From: Balanoglossus misakiensis | Lineage: Eukaryota; Animalia; Hemichordata | Length of the DNA: 64,000 nucleotides | Assembly: GCA_040954595.2 (NCBI GenBank) | Contig: CM082590.2 | Span: forward strand, 10,318,088-10,382,087 | Direction of reading: 5' to 3' | Shown: piece after piece, positions 13,876 to 27,200 of the stretch | Numbering within the stretch: position 1 is the first letter of the stretch | How the letters are laid out: every line of letters begins with the position of its first letter | Made by a program: the position numbers and the translations under genes | The notes under the pieces: model-generated | What the model saw: the letters and a program-made list of their open reading frames with translations, nothing else | Told to the model about the DNA's origin: nothing | Databases searched by the model: none

Positions 13876-13958
13876 TACTGTTGCCATGGAAACTTGATAC
13901 TATTACCATGGAAACTTAATACTGTTGCCATGGAAACTTGATACTGTTGCCATGGAAA
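13873..13958 (+). repeat. 22-bp tandem repeat (x4) containing an RFX X-box-like motif GTTGCCATGGAAAC
   Basis: TGATACTGTTGCCATGGAAACT and close variants are repeated four times, starting at the IAH1-B stop codon. Confidence 0.85.
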
Positions 13959-15671
13959 TATGTGTGATGAATGGTGTTGCCTTGGATACAGGAAAGGGAC
14001 TCTGCAGAGACTATACGATCTTTTTGGACACTGTCACCTTGCCAACTTCGGTAATCAAAATGCCTATGATAGTTGATGTGATAGTTTTGTTAGAAAGGGA
14101 GCTCAACTTTGTGGAAGATATTTATTCAGAGCATGGGGGTATTAAGACAGCTGGTACCACTAGTTTGATCTCAGGCGTGCTGTTGAAATTATAAGATGGG
14201 GCAAAAGGAGGCAGATTCATTATTTTTATGCTTAGAGTTTAGACATGTAATATTCTGTTAGAGCTGCTTGATCAAAACCAGTACTTCTGGAGTTTATTAT
14301 CAAACCAAACCTCCTGTTAACATGAAGTCTATGCATTCTTACCAAAGAATGGCTGCCGGTTAAAGTACTGTGCAAATGAATTAACTGTTTGGTCAGTCAA
14401 ATTGTTGAGGACAAACATCAATGTACAATGTATCTAGCACCTTGTCCGCACAGAACATGGGCTGGGGAATCCAGTGTGGTGTTTATAATGAGTTTGTTAT
14501 CTGTACAACATGTCAAAGATATATAACCAACTAACAATGTTTCCTCATTTATTTATTGTTGTCATAGTGCCTAATGAAAGGCAATGTATCCATACTTTCT
14601 TTTGTAAATACAAATAATAATATCAACAATATTAAGGAAAATAATGTATATGTAAATAGCAAGTTTTTTTTCCACCAGAGAAATAGGATTGTAGTAATTA
14701 ACTATCTATATCCCAGTGAACTTTTAACCTAATAATGATCGGGTGACTGAACAAATGTTGAGGTACTGTAATAATTGTGTAAAGAAGTACAGCTCACAAC
14801 TTATAAAATTTAACGCAACTCAACAAACAGAATTTCCATAACATCCATAAACTACCAGCTTTTACCTCAGACTGTGAACAAAATGTAAAATATCGATCAA
14901 CACACGAAACAGATATCGAAAAAATATTCACATCTTAAGTCAAAGTAAATATGTAGACATATGATCTGAAATTAGCATAATTAATAATCGAGATGCAAAT
15001 ATAATGAGATTTTATTGATATTTAAATAAGTAAATGTCATGTGATTTTTCTTCACCTATCATGGACATCACTATGCACATTGTGTAAAATAGCAAACTGG
15101 CATATGGACAGAATATTCTTTGCATTGAACATGTGCAGAAAGTACGTTTCTAAAGAACATGGATGTTTCAGTTACCAAAGAGGAAAAATGATATCAGAAC
15201 TTTCTTTGTATTGTATTCGTAATAGTAATTATAAAGAAACTTGTATTCCAGTTGTCTACCCATTGTTTACCTTTAGAGAAGACTTATTTTATTTTGAAGT
15301 GTGATGTACACAATCATTTTAAGGCAGTTTAAACAAATTATTTTTCCATGTAATTATTTGTATTCATTTTTTTACTTATCATCGATTTAGTGTTATGACT
15401 GTAATTTGATTGTTGGCCTACATTTCATATCATATGCTCGAAATCAAGTACAACTTTACATTTAGTGTTTTCAACTCCTGTATGAGGACATGCTTATTTG
15501 ATTCAACGTTTTTGTCTCGATAAATGGTTTGTATGTATTCCTTTTCGAGCAGTAGTACTTGTTTTTTATGTCACAAAAGTATGTAATCATAATATGCAGT
15601 GTTTTGTCTAGACGAGAGGATGGGCTGATTCACTCCCTGTTGACATGTTTGCACCCATTGTTGCCATGTTG

Positions 15672-15854
15672 TACTGTGTAATACAAAGTAACAATCACTT
15701 TGTTTGTGATGATGTACATTGTAACAGTTACACTACAGTGTAATACAAAGTAACAATCACCGTGTTTGCAATGATGTACATTGTAACAGTTACACTACAG
15801 TGTAATACAAAGTAACAATCATTTTGTTTGTGATGATGTACATTGTAGCAGTTT
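15672..15854 (+). repeat. 62-bp minisatellite, cluster 2 (intergenic)
   Basis: Same unit as 11304-11480, about 3 copies. Confidence 0.85.
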
Positions 15855-16996
15855 GCTAGCAACTGTGTCATATATGAAGCCCATACCTGCTGATTGGACT
15901 GAAACCCATCTGTTTATGTATTGAAATAGACAGTATATAAGACAAGAATTTTTATTGCAGATTTTTAAGCTATATCGTCCGTAATCAAGACAGTCTGTAT
16001 AATATATCGATAACCAATAAATCATAGAGTTTCCTTTAAATGATTTGGCATTTTTTGAAGAAATGTATTACCAGCATCATATCAGAATAAAATTATCTTT
16101 TTTTTTTCAACTGAAAACTTTGTTCTCATCTATTTAGTTGAGCTAGCAGATGAAGTAGACCTCTACAAAGCGAAATGGGTCGATACATTGTCCACTCGCA
16201 TGGTTTGTTTGCTCGATGAGTCTGACGGACAAAGATGGGGTTGATACGGCTAAAGCACAGGTACATTAAATTCTAATGGATTTCTTATGTCATGCAATCG
16301 TTGACCACCTTGTTATTCATTATATATAGAAAATGAGATTACTCGGTGATATATGATCGTTCATGTTTTAAACACTTCTAGATGCCTGAGCCAATAAGAG
16401 CTGCAGGACTCAATCTCACCGAAGTCCCCGTCAATTGTACTTCATTAAATCCTTACCACAGGGGCTCCTGTACTTTTATCTGCATTGTAAAGTCATACTT
16501 GCAATTCAATTCTTTAAGAGAAACTGCCAGTGGTCGAAGCTTAGTTAATCACCTTCTCTGGTATCATTGGTCAGTGAAGTAAATGGTTCGAATGAATTCA
16601 AGAAATTTAATAGCGTCTTATGGTAGTAGAGAGAACTTATAATCAACACTAACTGATCTGAGGCACCCTGACTCAAAATAAATGAAAGTTCCCACAAGAA
16701 ATTTGAAACCGAAAGATCAATTAAGCTAAGTTGCTGATGTAAGCCCCAGGTGGGGTTTTATATTATCACCAGGGTAACATACTGGTCAGAAAACGTCTGT
16801 AAATATATCACACCTTCGAGGCATAGTGCTCGAGTATAACAGGGTATTGTTCAAATCTGAAGTTTTTCAAACGCAGTAAGAAAAGATCATGATACGCTTA
16901 AAAACCAAATAGAAGGGTCACAGTGTTTACCAGAAACGGTCATCAAAGCAGCCTGGCTTATTGAGGAACCAAACATCATATCGTTGAGAGAGGAAA

Positions 16997-19190
16997 ATGG
17001 TCAAGATATCAGTGCTTGTGGAACAGGTAAGACTGAAAGTTAACACTAAAGGGGAACTGAGATTTGATTTTCATACTGTACAAATTGCTTAATGTATATC
17101 AGCTTCAATCTTCACTTACATTTTCAGTCTTAGCGATGTTGTTTTATCTCACTTGTAGCTTTGCCTCTGACACACACACACTGGTAAACACACACAGACA
17201 TACACCAACTAAGTCTCACTTTGATTAACTTTCCCTTCAGCCAAATGAGACCGCGGCTGTTGCGCAAGAAAATTCGGAAAGGAAGTACCTTCGGAGATAC
17301 ATCGTGGTTCTCACAGTGGTAGCCATTTTAGCCGTCATCCCCTCACTTGCAGGTACAGTGTTTATGTGTAAGTACATCCATACTTCATTTTTTTTAAATC
17401 AAAAGTATGTACACGTACAGAGCATTTGGGCCATATCTTATACTTGTTCTACTCTAGCTACCAATATCCAACATTTTGTATGTGAATATAGCCAGTATAT
17501 GTGTAACGACCATTGATTGTTGACAAATGAATTGTAATTTAGTTGTTACTTTGTATTACACTGTAGTGTAACTGCTACAATGTACATCATTGCAAACAAT
17601 GCGATTGTTACTTTGTATTACACTGTAGTGTAACTGCTACAATGTACATCATTGCAAACAATGCGATTGTTACTTTGTATTACACTGTAGTGTAACTGCT
17701 ACAATGTACATCATTGCAAACAATGTGGTTGTTACTTTGTATTACACTGTAGTGTAACTGCTACAACTTACATCATTATCAAACAATGCATCATTACTTT
17801 TGATTTCATTTCCGAGCTACTGGATACAACCTGTCTCTCCTGAAATACTGAGGGTGTATTAATTTAACAGACAAATCACAGTTCAGGCAACCCTCCCCCT
17901 TCAACATACAACACTGGAAGTCATCCAATGTCTTTTCAGTATAGATAGAAGACTTTCCACACAAAGACTATCAGTTTATTTTTCCTGTAAACCCATATAC
18001 TGTATTTTAGGTTTAACCTGAAATGATTGGCTAGTTTTATCTTTTTCAGATCACAAGGATGGAGGTGACAGTTCAGGTAATGAATCCAGCTTCCTTTCCA
18101 CCTTTTTTTTTCAAACAGCTAAATGGACTGACTCTATTTCACTTTCAATGTACACACACATATGAATGTTGTCAGTAGTTGCAGTCACAATTTTCACCAA
18201 GATGTGTTACCTCTTGTAGTATTTGTCTGACTCTCATAATTATTATGTTTTCATGAGTTTGTGTAAACTTTGGCCATAATCGTTAACTGCTGTATCTACT
18301 TCTGTTGCTGAATTTATATTCTTTTTTCGACATACAGCCAGAACAGAAAAAATGCCTATGATGCAAGCAACACCTGGAGGCAGTACTGAAAGTCAAACGT
18401 CTCCTGCATATTTGACTACTCCAGGAGTTACAACTGTCTTGACATCAGAAAACATACAATCATCTTCCACTACTCATTATGAAACGACAGATGAAATGAC
18501 AACTCAAGGTAACGACTCACTCACCAAACGACTTACTCATCAGGAGACGTTTGATGATTGAGTCCAGTGACTCACGAAACGACGTTGTAGAGATTATACC
18601 ACCTATCGTTTCTCCAGTCACTCTTGCTTTACACACACATATATATAATGTATGTATGTATGTATGTATGTATGTATGTATGTATGTATGTATGTATGTA
18701 TGTATGTATGTATGTATGTATGTATGTATGTATGCATGTATGTATGTATGTATGTATGTATGTATGTATGTATGTATGTATGTATGTATGCATGCATGCA
18801 TGCATGTATGTGTGTATGCATGCATGCAAGCATGTATGTGTGTGTATTTATGTATGGATGGATGTACATATCTGTAGATATGTAAAACTGGCATAAACGT
18901 TTATTGATGTATTCCATCCACAAGCAAAAAACAAGTTGTTTTTTTTACATTGTTCACCAGATACTGTCATTGACTGTGGTTATACAGTTGGTCGTGACTT
19001 CAGAGGACCTGACATACGTGTTATTACAGCGGCGAGCGAGTTTGAATGTTGTGATCTCTGCATAGCCACACCGCAGTGCACTGTCTGGGTATACAGCACT
19101 GCATCGAAGAACTGCTATCTAAGAGAAAGTCTGACATACTCATTAGATATTTCCTGGGCAGTTTCTGGAGTACTGTCTCAAAATAAATGA
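16997..19190 (+). CDS. Type II membrane protein (~195 aa) with a Ser/Thr-rich stalk and a C-terminal PAN/Apple-like domain, 5 exons
   Basis: Exons 16997-17026 (MVKISVLVEQ), 17241-17367 (RKYLRRY followed by hydrophobic IVVLTVVAILAVIPSLAGTVFM), 18050-18076, 18338-18508 (Thr/Ser-rich) and 18961-19190 (DFRGPDI..ECCDLCIATPQCTVWVY..NCYLR..AVSG). Splice phases are compatible. Confidence 0.75.
17545..17800 (-). repeat. 62-bp minisatellite, cluster 3, inverted orientation (intron 2 of the PAN-domain gene)
   Basis: GTTACTTTGTATTACACTGTAGTGTAACTGCTACAATGTACATCATTGCAAACAATG starts at 17545, 17607, 17669 and 17731. It is the reverse complement of clusters 1 and 2. Confidence 0.9.
18648..18860. repeat. 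(TATG)n microsatellite
   Basis: Read directly from the sequence. Lies in intron 4 of the PAN-domain gene. Confidence 0.97.
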
Positions 19191-19770
19191 ACTAAGACAT
19201 TTGCAACCAGAGGACCAAGTCGACAATAGTTATTGTAGTGTAGTCTTTAAATCACAAAGGTTTTTTTCTTTTTATCTGATTTGAACATTCATAATAATTA
19301 AAGAATGTCTACTTTTGAAATCAAAAATGGACATTACATTCCTGAATCTACAGTGTTTGCTGCAATATTGATAGTCCACACAGGGATGTAAAAAAGAATA
19401 GATGGCAACTGCCAAAAACAACTGGCTGACAGTAAACATTTTCCAGTCATGAAAATTATCGATCCAATAAAATCTCACGTTGATTTGCACAAAAATGAAC
19501 AATCCCTGTGCCAATACTATAGTACTTGTAACTGGCCATACTTTTGTTTAATAAATTTTCTGATCGAAAAACAAAATGGCCGACATCTCTGTTGCTAAGG
19601 GAGTGGATTTCTGTTGTTCGCTCATAAAAGTTCTCTTGATACCACTGATGAACATTGGGCAGAATGTTATGTTTCTCTTTTAGTACGACTAATTTATTTC
19701 AACTTTGAGAGATGTTTGATCATGTGGTAGTCAATGGCAACTACCTCGATCATGTGGTAGTCAATGGCAA

Positions 19771-20676
19771 CTACCTTGAGTTGACTTTTAGTGGCTTTCT
19801 CTTAGCGATAAGTTTCATTTCCGCATTGTCACTGTTATCGTCAGTTTTGTCAAGTACCGACCCCTTGACTTTTGTCCTCTGACCTGTTCTCGCAACAGGA
19901 AGTGATGTAACAGAGTGTGTGTCATCGCTGCTTTGCTTGGTTACTGAACTTTTGACCTTTTCACTGTAACCTCCATCAAGTGATTGAAATATCGGGGAGA
20001 GGTACTCGTTCAAAAGCAACGACCGCGACCGCATTCCTCGTCGCGAAGTTCCAACTGCCATCAACAAACTGGCCAGTCCCCATAATTGGATATCTTTCGT
20101 TTCTTTCTTTGCAACTTTCTTGTCATTTTGAACCAAAGAAGAGCCTTTATCAATAATCCACAACGCTTCTTGGATTTTCGTGACAAGTCTTTGCACGTGA
20201 TCATAGTTCACATTTCTCGTTACATTCAGCGTCGTTTCAAAAGGATTCTCGATATACAATGGGTTCCCAGATTCAGGCTTGATGAATTTAGTTCCTTGGC
20301 GGAGTGACAGCGCAAATTTTTGAAAGTTGAAATTTGCATAAAATTCAAAGAACTGATAGAGGAGCTCCTCTGAAAATAAAACAAAAGAAAAAAATCATTG
20401 TTTCAAGCAAACGCGCTGGCTGTAATTTTTTACTATTTTACCGAGGTTAGTATTTAATGTAAGTGAGGCTACTTTGGCAAATCAGTAGTTAACTTATTAG
20501 TGCAGTCCACATGTGTTTATAGTCAAAACTGTTACCGTTTCCAAATTGGTTTCAAGTCCGGACTTGAATTCATTTGTCAACAATGGCAATGCTCGTTCCA
20601 CATATACAGGCTATGCTGATAATTCTTTATCTTGATATCAAAATATATTGATCTATGGAGTGTCTAATCTTGCCTA

Positions 20677-20715
<39 letters not shown>

Positions 20716-23702
20716 GTCATACAGACAGACAGACAGACAGACAGACGCCGACCTATCCCACATGCTGTACCAAGGCTATGCAAATTCACATAACTTGTAC
20801 TAACCTAAAGACTGGTTGTTCTGCGAGGGCGCTATTTTATTGAGGTCACTGACAAACGTACAGTCAATGTTTTCAACAACCAGGTGGTCTTCTTTGTCTG
20901 AAAGAGAGGGAAAAACATTTCATTATGGTTACCATGGAAAAAGGTGTCCAAACTCTTGCAAGCAAGTGAAGAAACCATCTAATATAGTCTGTGGGCTAAA
21001 ACTTCAAGTACATTAAATCATTTGTGACAATCAATGTATATTGTTAAAAAGAGAAACGTTCTTCCTTAGAAAATATGTTTTTGTTGGGTTACAGCAGCCC
21101 GAGTTCTTTAAAACGGAATGGTTAGGTATTGACACATGAAAATCATTGAATCTACCTGCTATGTCTCTCAGATGATTCAGAGTTGGAAGAACTGGCTTCG
21201 TTCTTGTCTGGAGGAAATATATCACCAAGAATGTTATACCAAAGTTCGTTATCCATGGTCCGGGGACACCTGACGTAATACCGTTGACCCTTGCCCAGTG
21301 TCTGATTGTGAACACTAGAGGACGCACTCTTGGATCGTGGTTGCCATAGAGATAGAGTAGTTCGGTACTCTTGGTGGCAATTCTGTCGGAAAATATAAAA
21401 CTGAATTACGAACTTTAAAAATACATCAAAAATTTTCAATTATTGTTTTAGTTGATATGCAATTATTGTTTTTAATAGCACAAACTCAATCATTTTTTAA
21501 ACATTTTGTGATTGTCATGACAGTATATGACGGTTGTGAACTTCACCTGTTATTGGAGGACAGGTCACACTGCAGCCCTGTTGCTTGGTGATAGAACTTC
21601 ACAATGGGGCACCTGGCATTCAGAATTTTCTGAACATTGGCACAATGAGGTACAAATTCCTCCAAATAGGTTGCCATGGTAGCTAGAGTCTGCTGCGTAG
21701 CGGCTCGTTCTGAAGATGCTGATTTTGTGTCGAATATCATGCGAAATTTGTTGCGCCCCTGAAAAGCGAAGAGAAGAAATATTTCAATTTTTTCGGTTCG
21801 CAAAGATGTCTGGTTTATATGTGGTTTTATGCAAAAGCATCTGAAACAGGTTTTCAGTATAGACAGGTTTCCAGATTAGACAATGTTCGGATTAGACAGA
21901 TTTCACTGGATATGATTGATGGCAATCATGTGGCACTTACAGTTTTACGCGGCACGATTCCGTTCTCTGAGTTGATTTCCAGATACATATCAACATCAGA
22001 GCCAACTTTTCCGAAGGAATTCACAGAAGACCCAAAGGGATAGACTCTGCAGTTTGGGACTATTTTGTCCACTGCCTCCTCGACCAAGGAGCAAATCAAG
22101 AACCGTAAGTGGACATCTTCGTCGGGCATGGCTTGTTCTTGAAGGAGAAGCATCATTTGCTCGTCCACCTGCAAAGAAATCAAACAATGTTAGTGATTGT
22201 TTTCCCTTATTAGCTGTAAATTTAGACAATTCATCAGAAACATTTTATGAGTGTATGATCATGCTATATTCTGAAGATATAATATTAAAATCTGTCTAAA
22301 CTGGCCACCAAAGGGACTGAGAATGTTGTTTGGTTTGCAGAGGTGTCCGGTTTATTGAGGTTCTTTTAACAAGACTGGTTCGATGTCAAAGGGACTGGAA
22401 AGGGTGTTCCATATAGACAGGTTTACAGATTAGACAGGATTTGGTTTAGACAGGTTTTTATTTAATTAATACTCACAGAGTCTGCATTTGCAAGTTTTCT
22501 CAGAAACGACTCTTGAAATTCTTTTCCTGCATTTTTAGCATTGGCAGTTCTTCGTCTCTTCTTCGTCGTTGTGTTGTTACTGTCAGCTGTGGAGAAATTT
22601 AGGAGTCTGGAACGGAAGGGCATTTTAGTCTGCGACCTCGGTGGCTTGGCTTTCTTCAGCAGCTGTTGAACATCATTCTGGTCTTCGTATTCTATCACTG
22701 CATACTTGTCCTGAAACAACGGAACACATTGAAACATGTTAACCCTCTCATCACAGTGGTTCACTCCAAGCCCATTGCTTTCTATGGTACGGTTGGATCT
22801 CTACAGTAGGAACTGGGGGTGAACATACATGTAGCAATAAAAAAATAAATTAAGTGATGTTTCAGAATCTTCCTAACTGCATATAACTACAGAAAGAGAG
22901 GTTGATAGATTCTGCTAATGAAAGTAAGCGTTCTGAGCTTGTAAACTTTGAATTAGGATAATCTACTTACTTGTCCTTCATATGTAAAAGAGTGTCTGAT
23001 CTTGCCATGCTGGGAGCAATAGTTAAGAAGGCCTTTGTCCATTCCTTGTTCACCAAGTCTGACCAAAATGCTTCGGAATGCACGATCCCTGTTTTCATTC
23101 AGCATGTCTGAAAAACGTCTCTTCTTTTGAACTTGTGTATGAGAAACTGTAACAGAAATACCGTGGAGTTACCGAGATGACGTATGGACTCCATCGATCG
23201 ACAGCGGACAGGCACGATCCATGATAGAGCACGGAATCGGGACAGTCGCCAGGCAGATGTGGGCGGGGCGATTCATAAGCGAATGTGGGCGGGGCATGCA
23301 CACTGTCACTCACACAGTGATTCCGGAAGCAACTGATCGAGTGCGAACCCGGCTGGCGTCCCAGATATGAACTTAATTGTAGATGCAACTGTTAGGACCG
23401 GCTGGTGGTGATAGGGAGGTGCCACAGTCATTGTCAGTCACTCGATCGCCATGGCTACCGAGTCCTAGCCCGGCCCCGCCCACCTACATATGTACATATG
23501 TTCTTACAACATGCACAGGGATGATGTGAATATCTAGGGTTTCCGTACCTTGAAATTCTCCCGATTTCACGTTTTCCTCGTCGCATACTCTTCTGCCATC
23601 GTCATTTGACGTTGAATGGCCCTTACAAACACAAATACACCACCGTTCATTCAAAAACACATGCGACAGCATGCGACTTCGGAATCGCATGAGCGCCGCC
23701 AT
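19771..23702 (-). CDS. MTPAP: Mitochondrial poly(A) polymerase, 8 exons
   Basis: Exons 23702-23549 (MAALMRFRSR, presequence-like), 23146-22971, 22710-22477 (MPFRSRLL), 22168-21941 (PFGSSVNSFGKVGSDVD), 21758-21547 (ILNARCPIVKF..QCDLSSNNR), 21382-21156 (DPRVRPLVFTIRHWA..PGPWITNF), 20897-20805 and 20369-19771 (LYIENPFETTLNV). All introns are GT-AG and in frame. Confidence 0.93.
20678..20746. repeat. (CAGA)n microsatellite
   Basis: Read directly from the sequence. Lies in MTPAP intron 7. Confidence 0.95.
22284..22458. mobile_element. Degenerate MITE remnant of the same family as 49126-49261 (another partial copy at ~21800-21910)
   Basis: Shares TGGCCA..AAGGGACT and TATAGACAGGT/TTAGACAG motifs with the ORC4-intron MITE. 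Confidence 0.45.
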
Positions 23703-24221
23703 ATTGTTTGCTAGAGAACCATGGGAAACTATTTCAAAATATTTTTTTTTGTCATTCTGACATATATTTGATTTTCAATTCAAATTTAGACATCTCTACA
23801 CCTAAAATATGAATAAGTTCTCAAATTAATGCATAAAATTTGTTAAAATATCGTGCAAAGTGACAGTTTCTTTTCCCTTGTAACCTTTGACCTCAACATA
23901 GAAGTGTATCTTCACAGTTCGATTTAGATTCCAACTTCAAATCCTCTTCCCTAAGAGATTAACAACTATCCATGAATGGGTGATATCCTCCTAGTGATGG
24001 AAATAAATATTTGGAGGATTATAACCGTTTAACACGGGTCCAGTGAACTGTGTGGTTTAAATTAAATTGAAACAATCTTGGATCCGACGGTAAAGAATGT
24101 GAATCCTAAGCTAGGGAGAATGTACGATTTGTTGATCTTTTCTAGACAGACACGTGCAGATCGCGATCGAGTTGCACTTGATGTAGTTGCATATTCCTGT
24201 ATTTGATGTAACTGAGAAACG
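23703..24221. promoter_or_regulatory. Candidate bidirectional promoter shared by MTPAP and TUT1
   Basis: The divergent ATGs at 23702 and 24222 have 519 bp between them. Confidence 0.6.
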
Positions 24222-27200
24222 ATGGACAGTTCAGAAGAGTATTCAAGAAGAGGATATGGGTACATGTGTAATATCTGCAGCGTCTTTTTAAATACTGGTA
24301 TGTCATTGAATTTTGTTTGGGTTGGCGAGTCGTCTGCACTTCCGGGTTGCAGACTATATGTTTACACTGGGTAGTCATGCCGAGGTTTTGGGCTGTTGTG
24401 TCTTCGAAAAGGGGCCAGGGGGAAATCGTTAAACAGAGTCAGTTTGATACCTGTCTGATACACACGCATATCTAAGTTTAGAGATTGTTTTCGCTCACTA
24501 AAAGGCGGAGATAATTCACTATAACAACATCGACAATGGCTCTCATTCCAATATCCATGTTGACAATGCCTACATACTTATTAATGCTATCCAGATAAAG
24601 TTCTTCAAGATCATCTGAAAGGAAAGAAACACCAAAAAGTTCTTGGATTGAGAAAAAGTTGGCGACAACAAGAAGAGCGAAGTATCTTTGTTGGCGGATT
24701 TCACAAGGGTACATCAGAACTGCAACTGATAGATTATTTCTCTAATTATGGGCCAGTCGAAAATGTCATATTTGATAAGGATAAGGTAAGTCGGGGAATG
24801 ATTCAAAGAATTTTTATAATAAATTTCATTCATTCATTCATTCATTCATTCATTTCAGACATCAGCGTATAGTATTGTAGTAAGCATCTGTAATCAATGG
24901 GACGATTAATTTTATCTTGTTAATTTCACCAGGGTAAATATGCAATTGTTGAGCTGGGAAGTCAAGAAGTTGCAGAGAAAGTTTTGAGTGAAAAAGAACA
25001 CAAGCTAGGAGAACATAAACTGATCGTGAAACCAAGACAGCGTAAAGAATTCATCGCCAAATCCAAAAGTAAACAAGCTAAAAACCAGAAGCAGAAAGAA
25101 GATGAAAAGAGAAATGTTCAAGAGGAATTGAAACAAGTTTTGAAGAAGGAAACATCAGTAAGTTTTTAGTAGTATTCTCAGTTTAAATTTAAATCAGTGT
25201 TAAAAGTATTTGTTCTGGTAAGGTAAATATTGCTCTTTTAGTAAAATATTTTCTTGCTTTTTTCCATTTAGATGAGCGGTCAAATGGAAGTGCTAATGAA
25301 GCATTTGCAGTTAACCAAAGAAGATGTTAAACTTCGCTATCTCATATGTAATCTTCTGCAAGAAATCTTCCAGGAGTTCTTTCCAGGCTGTCTGGTTTTT
25401 CCTTACGGATCTTCCGTCAATGGATTTGGATCTCTGGGTTGCGACCTGGATCTACAGCTGGAATTAAACGGAAAAGACTGTCAGTATAGATTTAAGAAAG
25501 TGCCAAGTGATTCTCCCGAAGTCGCCGCAGGAAGCAGTAACACTGAGGGCGATGCTGGAAACACAAGCTCGGGGGAGATAAATGAACCCACTGGAATCCC
25601 AGGTGATGTGGAAGAGGAAGGAGGATTTGACATCGATGGAGCTGATCCGGAAGATCTCATGGAGCTGATCGTGAAGATCATCAAGAAATGTGCACCTGGA
25701 TGTAAGCAGGTGAAGGCAATCACAGCCAGGTGTCCTGTGGTGAAATTTGTCCATGCTGAATCAGGCATGGCTTGTGATATCTCTATCAATAACAGGTACG
25801 ATATAATCGTGTCATTATCACAAACTCAACATGCCGGCAATGCAAGAAAATTGTGCATGTGATTGATGCAGTCTAGCCTCAGACATTGCTAAGAATCCTC
25901 AAAGATTTTCAAAATCATTTACATTATATTGATGATAGTACTTAGTTAAACCTGCATGGAGAAGATTCTTTTGTTTTAAGTCTACTTTTACTGTTTAGTT
26001 TTGATATGGCACATGAACATGCAGTGCTGGAGTGAGTTATACAGATAATACTTTATCTCCTTCAGACTCGCCATGGAAAACACTGAACTGTTGTACATGT
26101 ACGGTGACTTGGATGAGAGAGTGCGACCACTGGTGTACACCGTCAGACACTGGGCGAAACAGAAACTGTTGGCTGGCAATGACAACTATGCTGGTCCCAG
26201 ACTCAGTAATTATGCGCTGACGTTGATGGTGATCTTCTTCCTACAACAGACGGAGACATCAGTAGTTCCAACTGTAGATCAACTCCAGCGAGCATGTAGT
26301 AAGTGTTTAACTCTATCACCACAATGGTTTACTCCAAATCCATTTTTTTCTCTGGTAAAATTGGACCTCTTGCATCATGAGATAATTTTGGTTTCTTAAT
26401 TTCAGATGAATCTGAGGTACTTACCATCAATGGCTGGAATGCGTCTTTTAGCAGAAACTTTGCAGAAAGCAGTAACAAGAAAACAAGCAAATCACCAGGT
26501 AAGTGACATCACCTGGAACCTGATTTTCAAAATCTACGGAAGGTGGGGTGTATTTTGTAAAAATTACTTTGGTTCTGATACTTTTCAAAAATATGGTAGG
26601 TAGGTAGGATGGTATTTATTTATTTTTGTGGTTCTGTTTTTGCATTACTTTTGCATTGGGGGGGAGGAGAGAGAGAAAGAGAAATATTACCAATCAAAGT
26701 ACTTGCACAGAGCCCTTGAATACACTCGCTAAGGCCTCACCATTTCTATTATGCAGATGAACTGTTGTGCGATTTTTTCAAGTTCTACGCCGAGTTTGAC
26801 TTCGCCAGTTTCGTCATCTGCCCTCTGACTGGAAGACCGTTATCACTAGACAAGGTCAGCGAACAGCCACTGCCAGAAAACAAGCAGAAGTTCAAGTTCA
26901 CTCCACTCTGTGTGCAAGATCCATTCGAACTGAACCACAACATAGCTATGAATGTCAATGCAACAGTTCTGCAGAGTTTTGTCCAGGAAATGGAGAGTGC
27001 CAGACAGATTTTTGATCTGGGAAAGTTCAATTTTCCGAAGTCAGCAAGCGGTAACAGGCAGGAAAATGTGGGGCTTCTGAAATTGTTTGCCAATGAAGGG
27101 AAATCGAAGAAGCTGTCCGAAAGTGGTTCGGCTGTCGCAGATAAGGATTGTACCATTCTTGTGGCGCTTCAACAAGCAAAGGTACCTGAGTGTGTGTTGA

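Noticed and set aside
18517-18923. HTYI/MYVC repeat ORFs; also the poly-M and poly-S ORFs at 47320-47561
   Set aside because: Microsatellite translations inside introns.
19728-19790. 30-bp tandem duplication at the MTPAP stop codon
   Set aside because: A simple slippage duplicate in the 3' UTR that does not change the protein.
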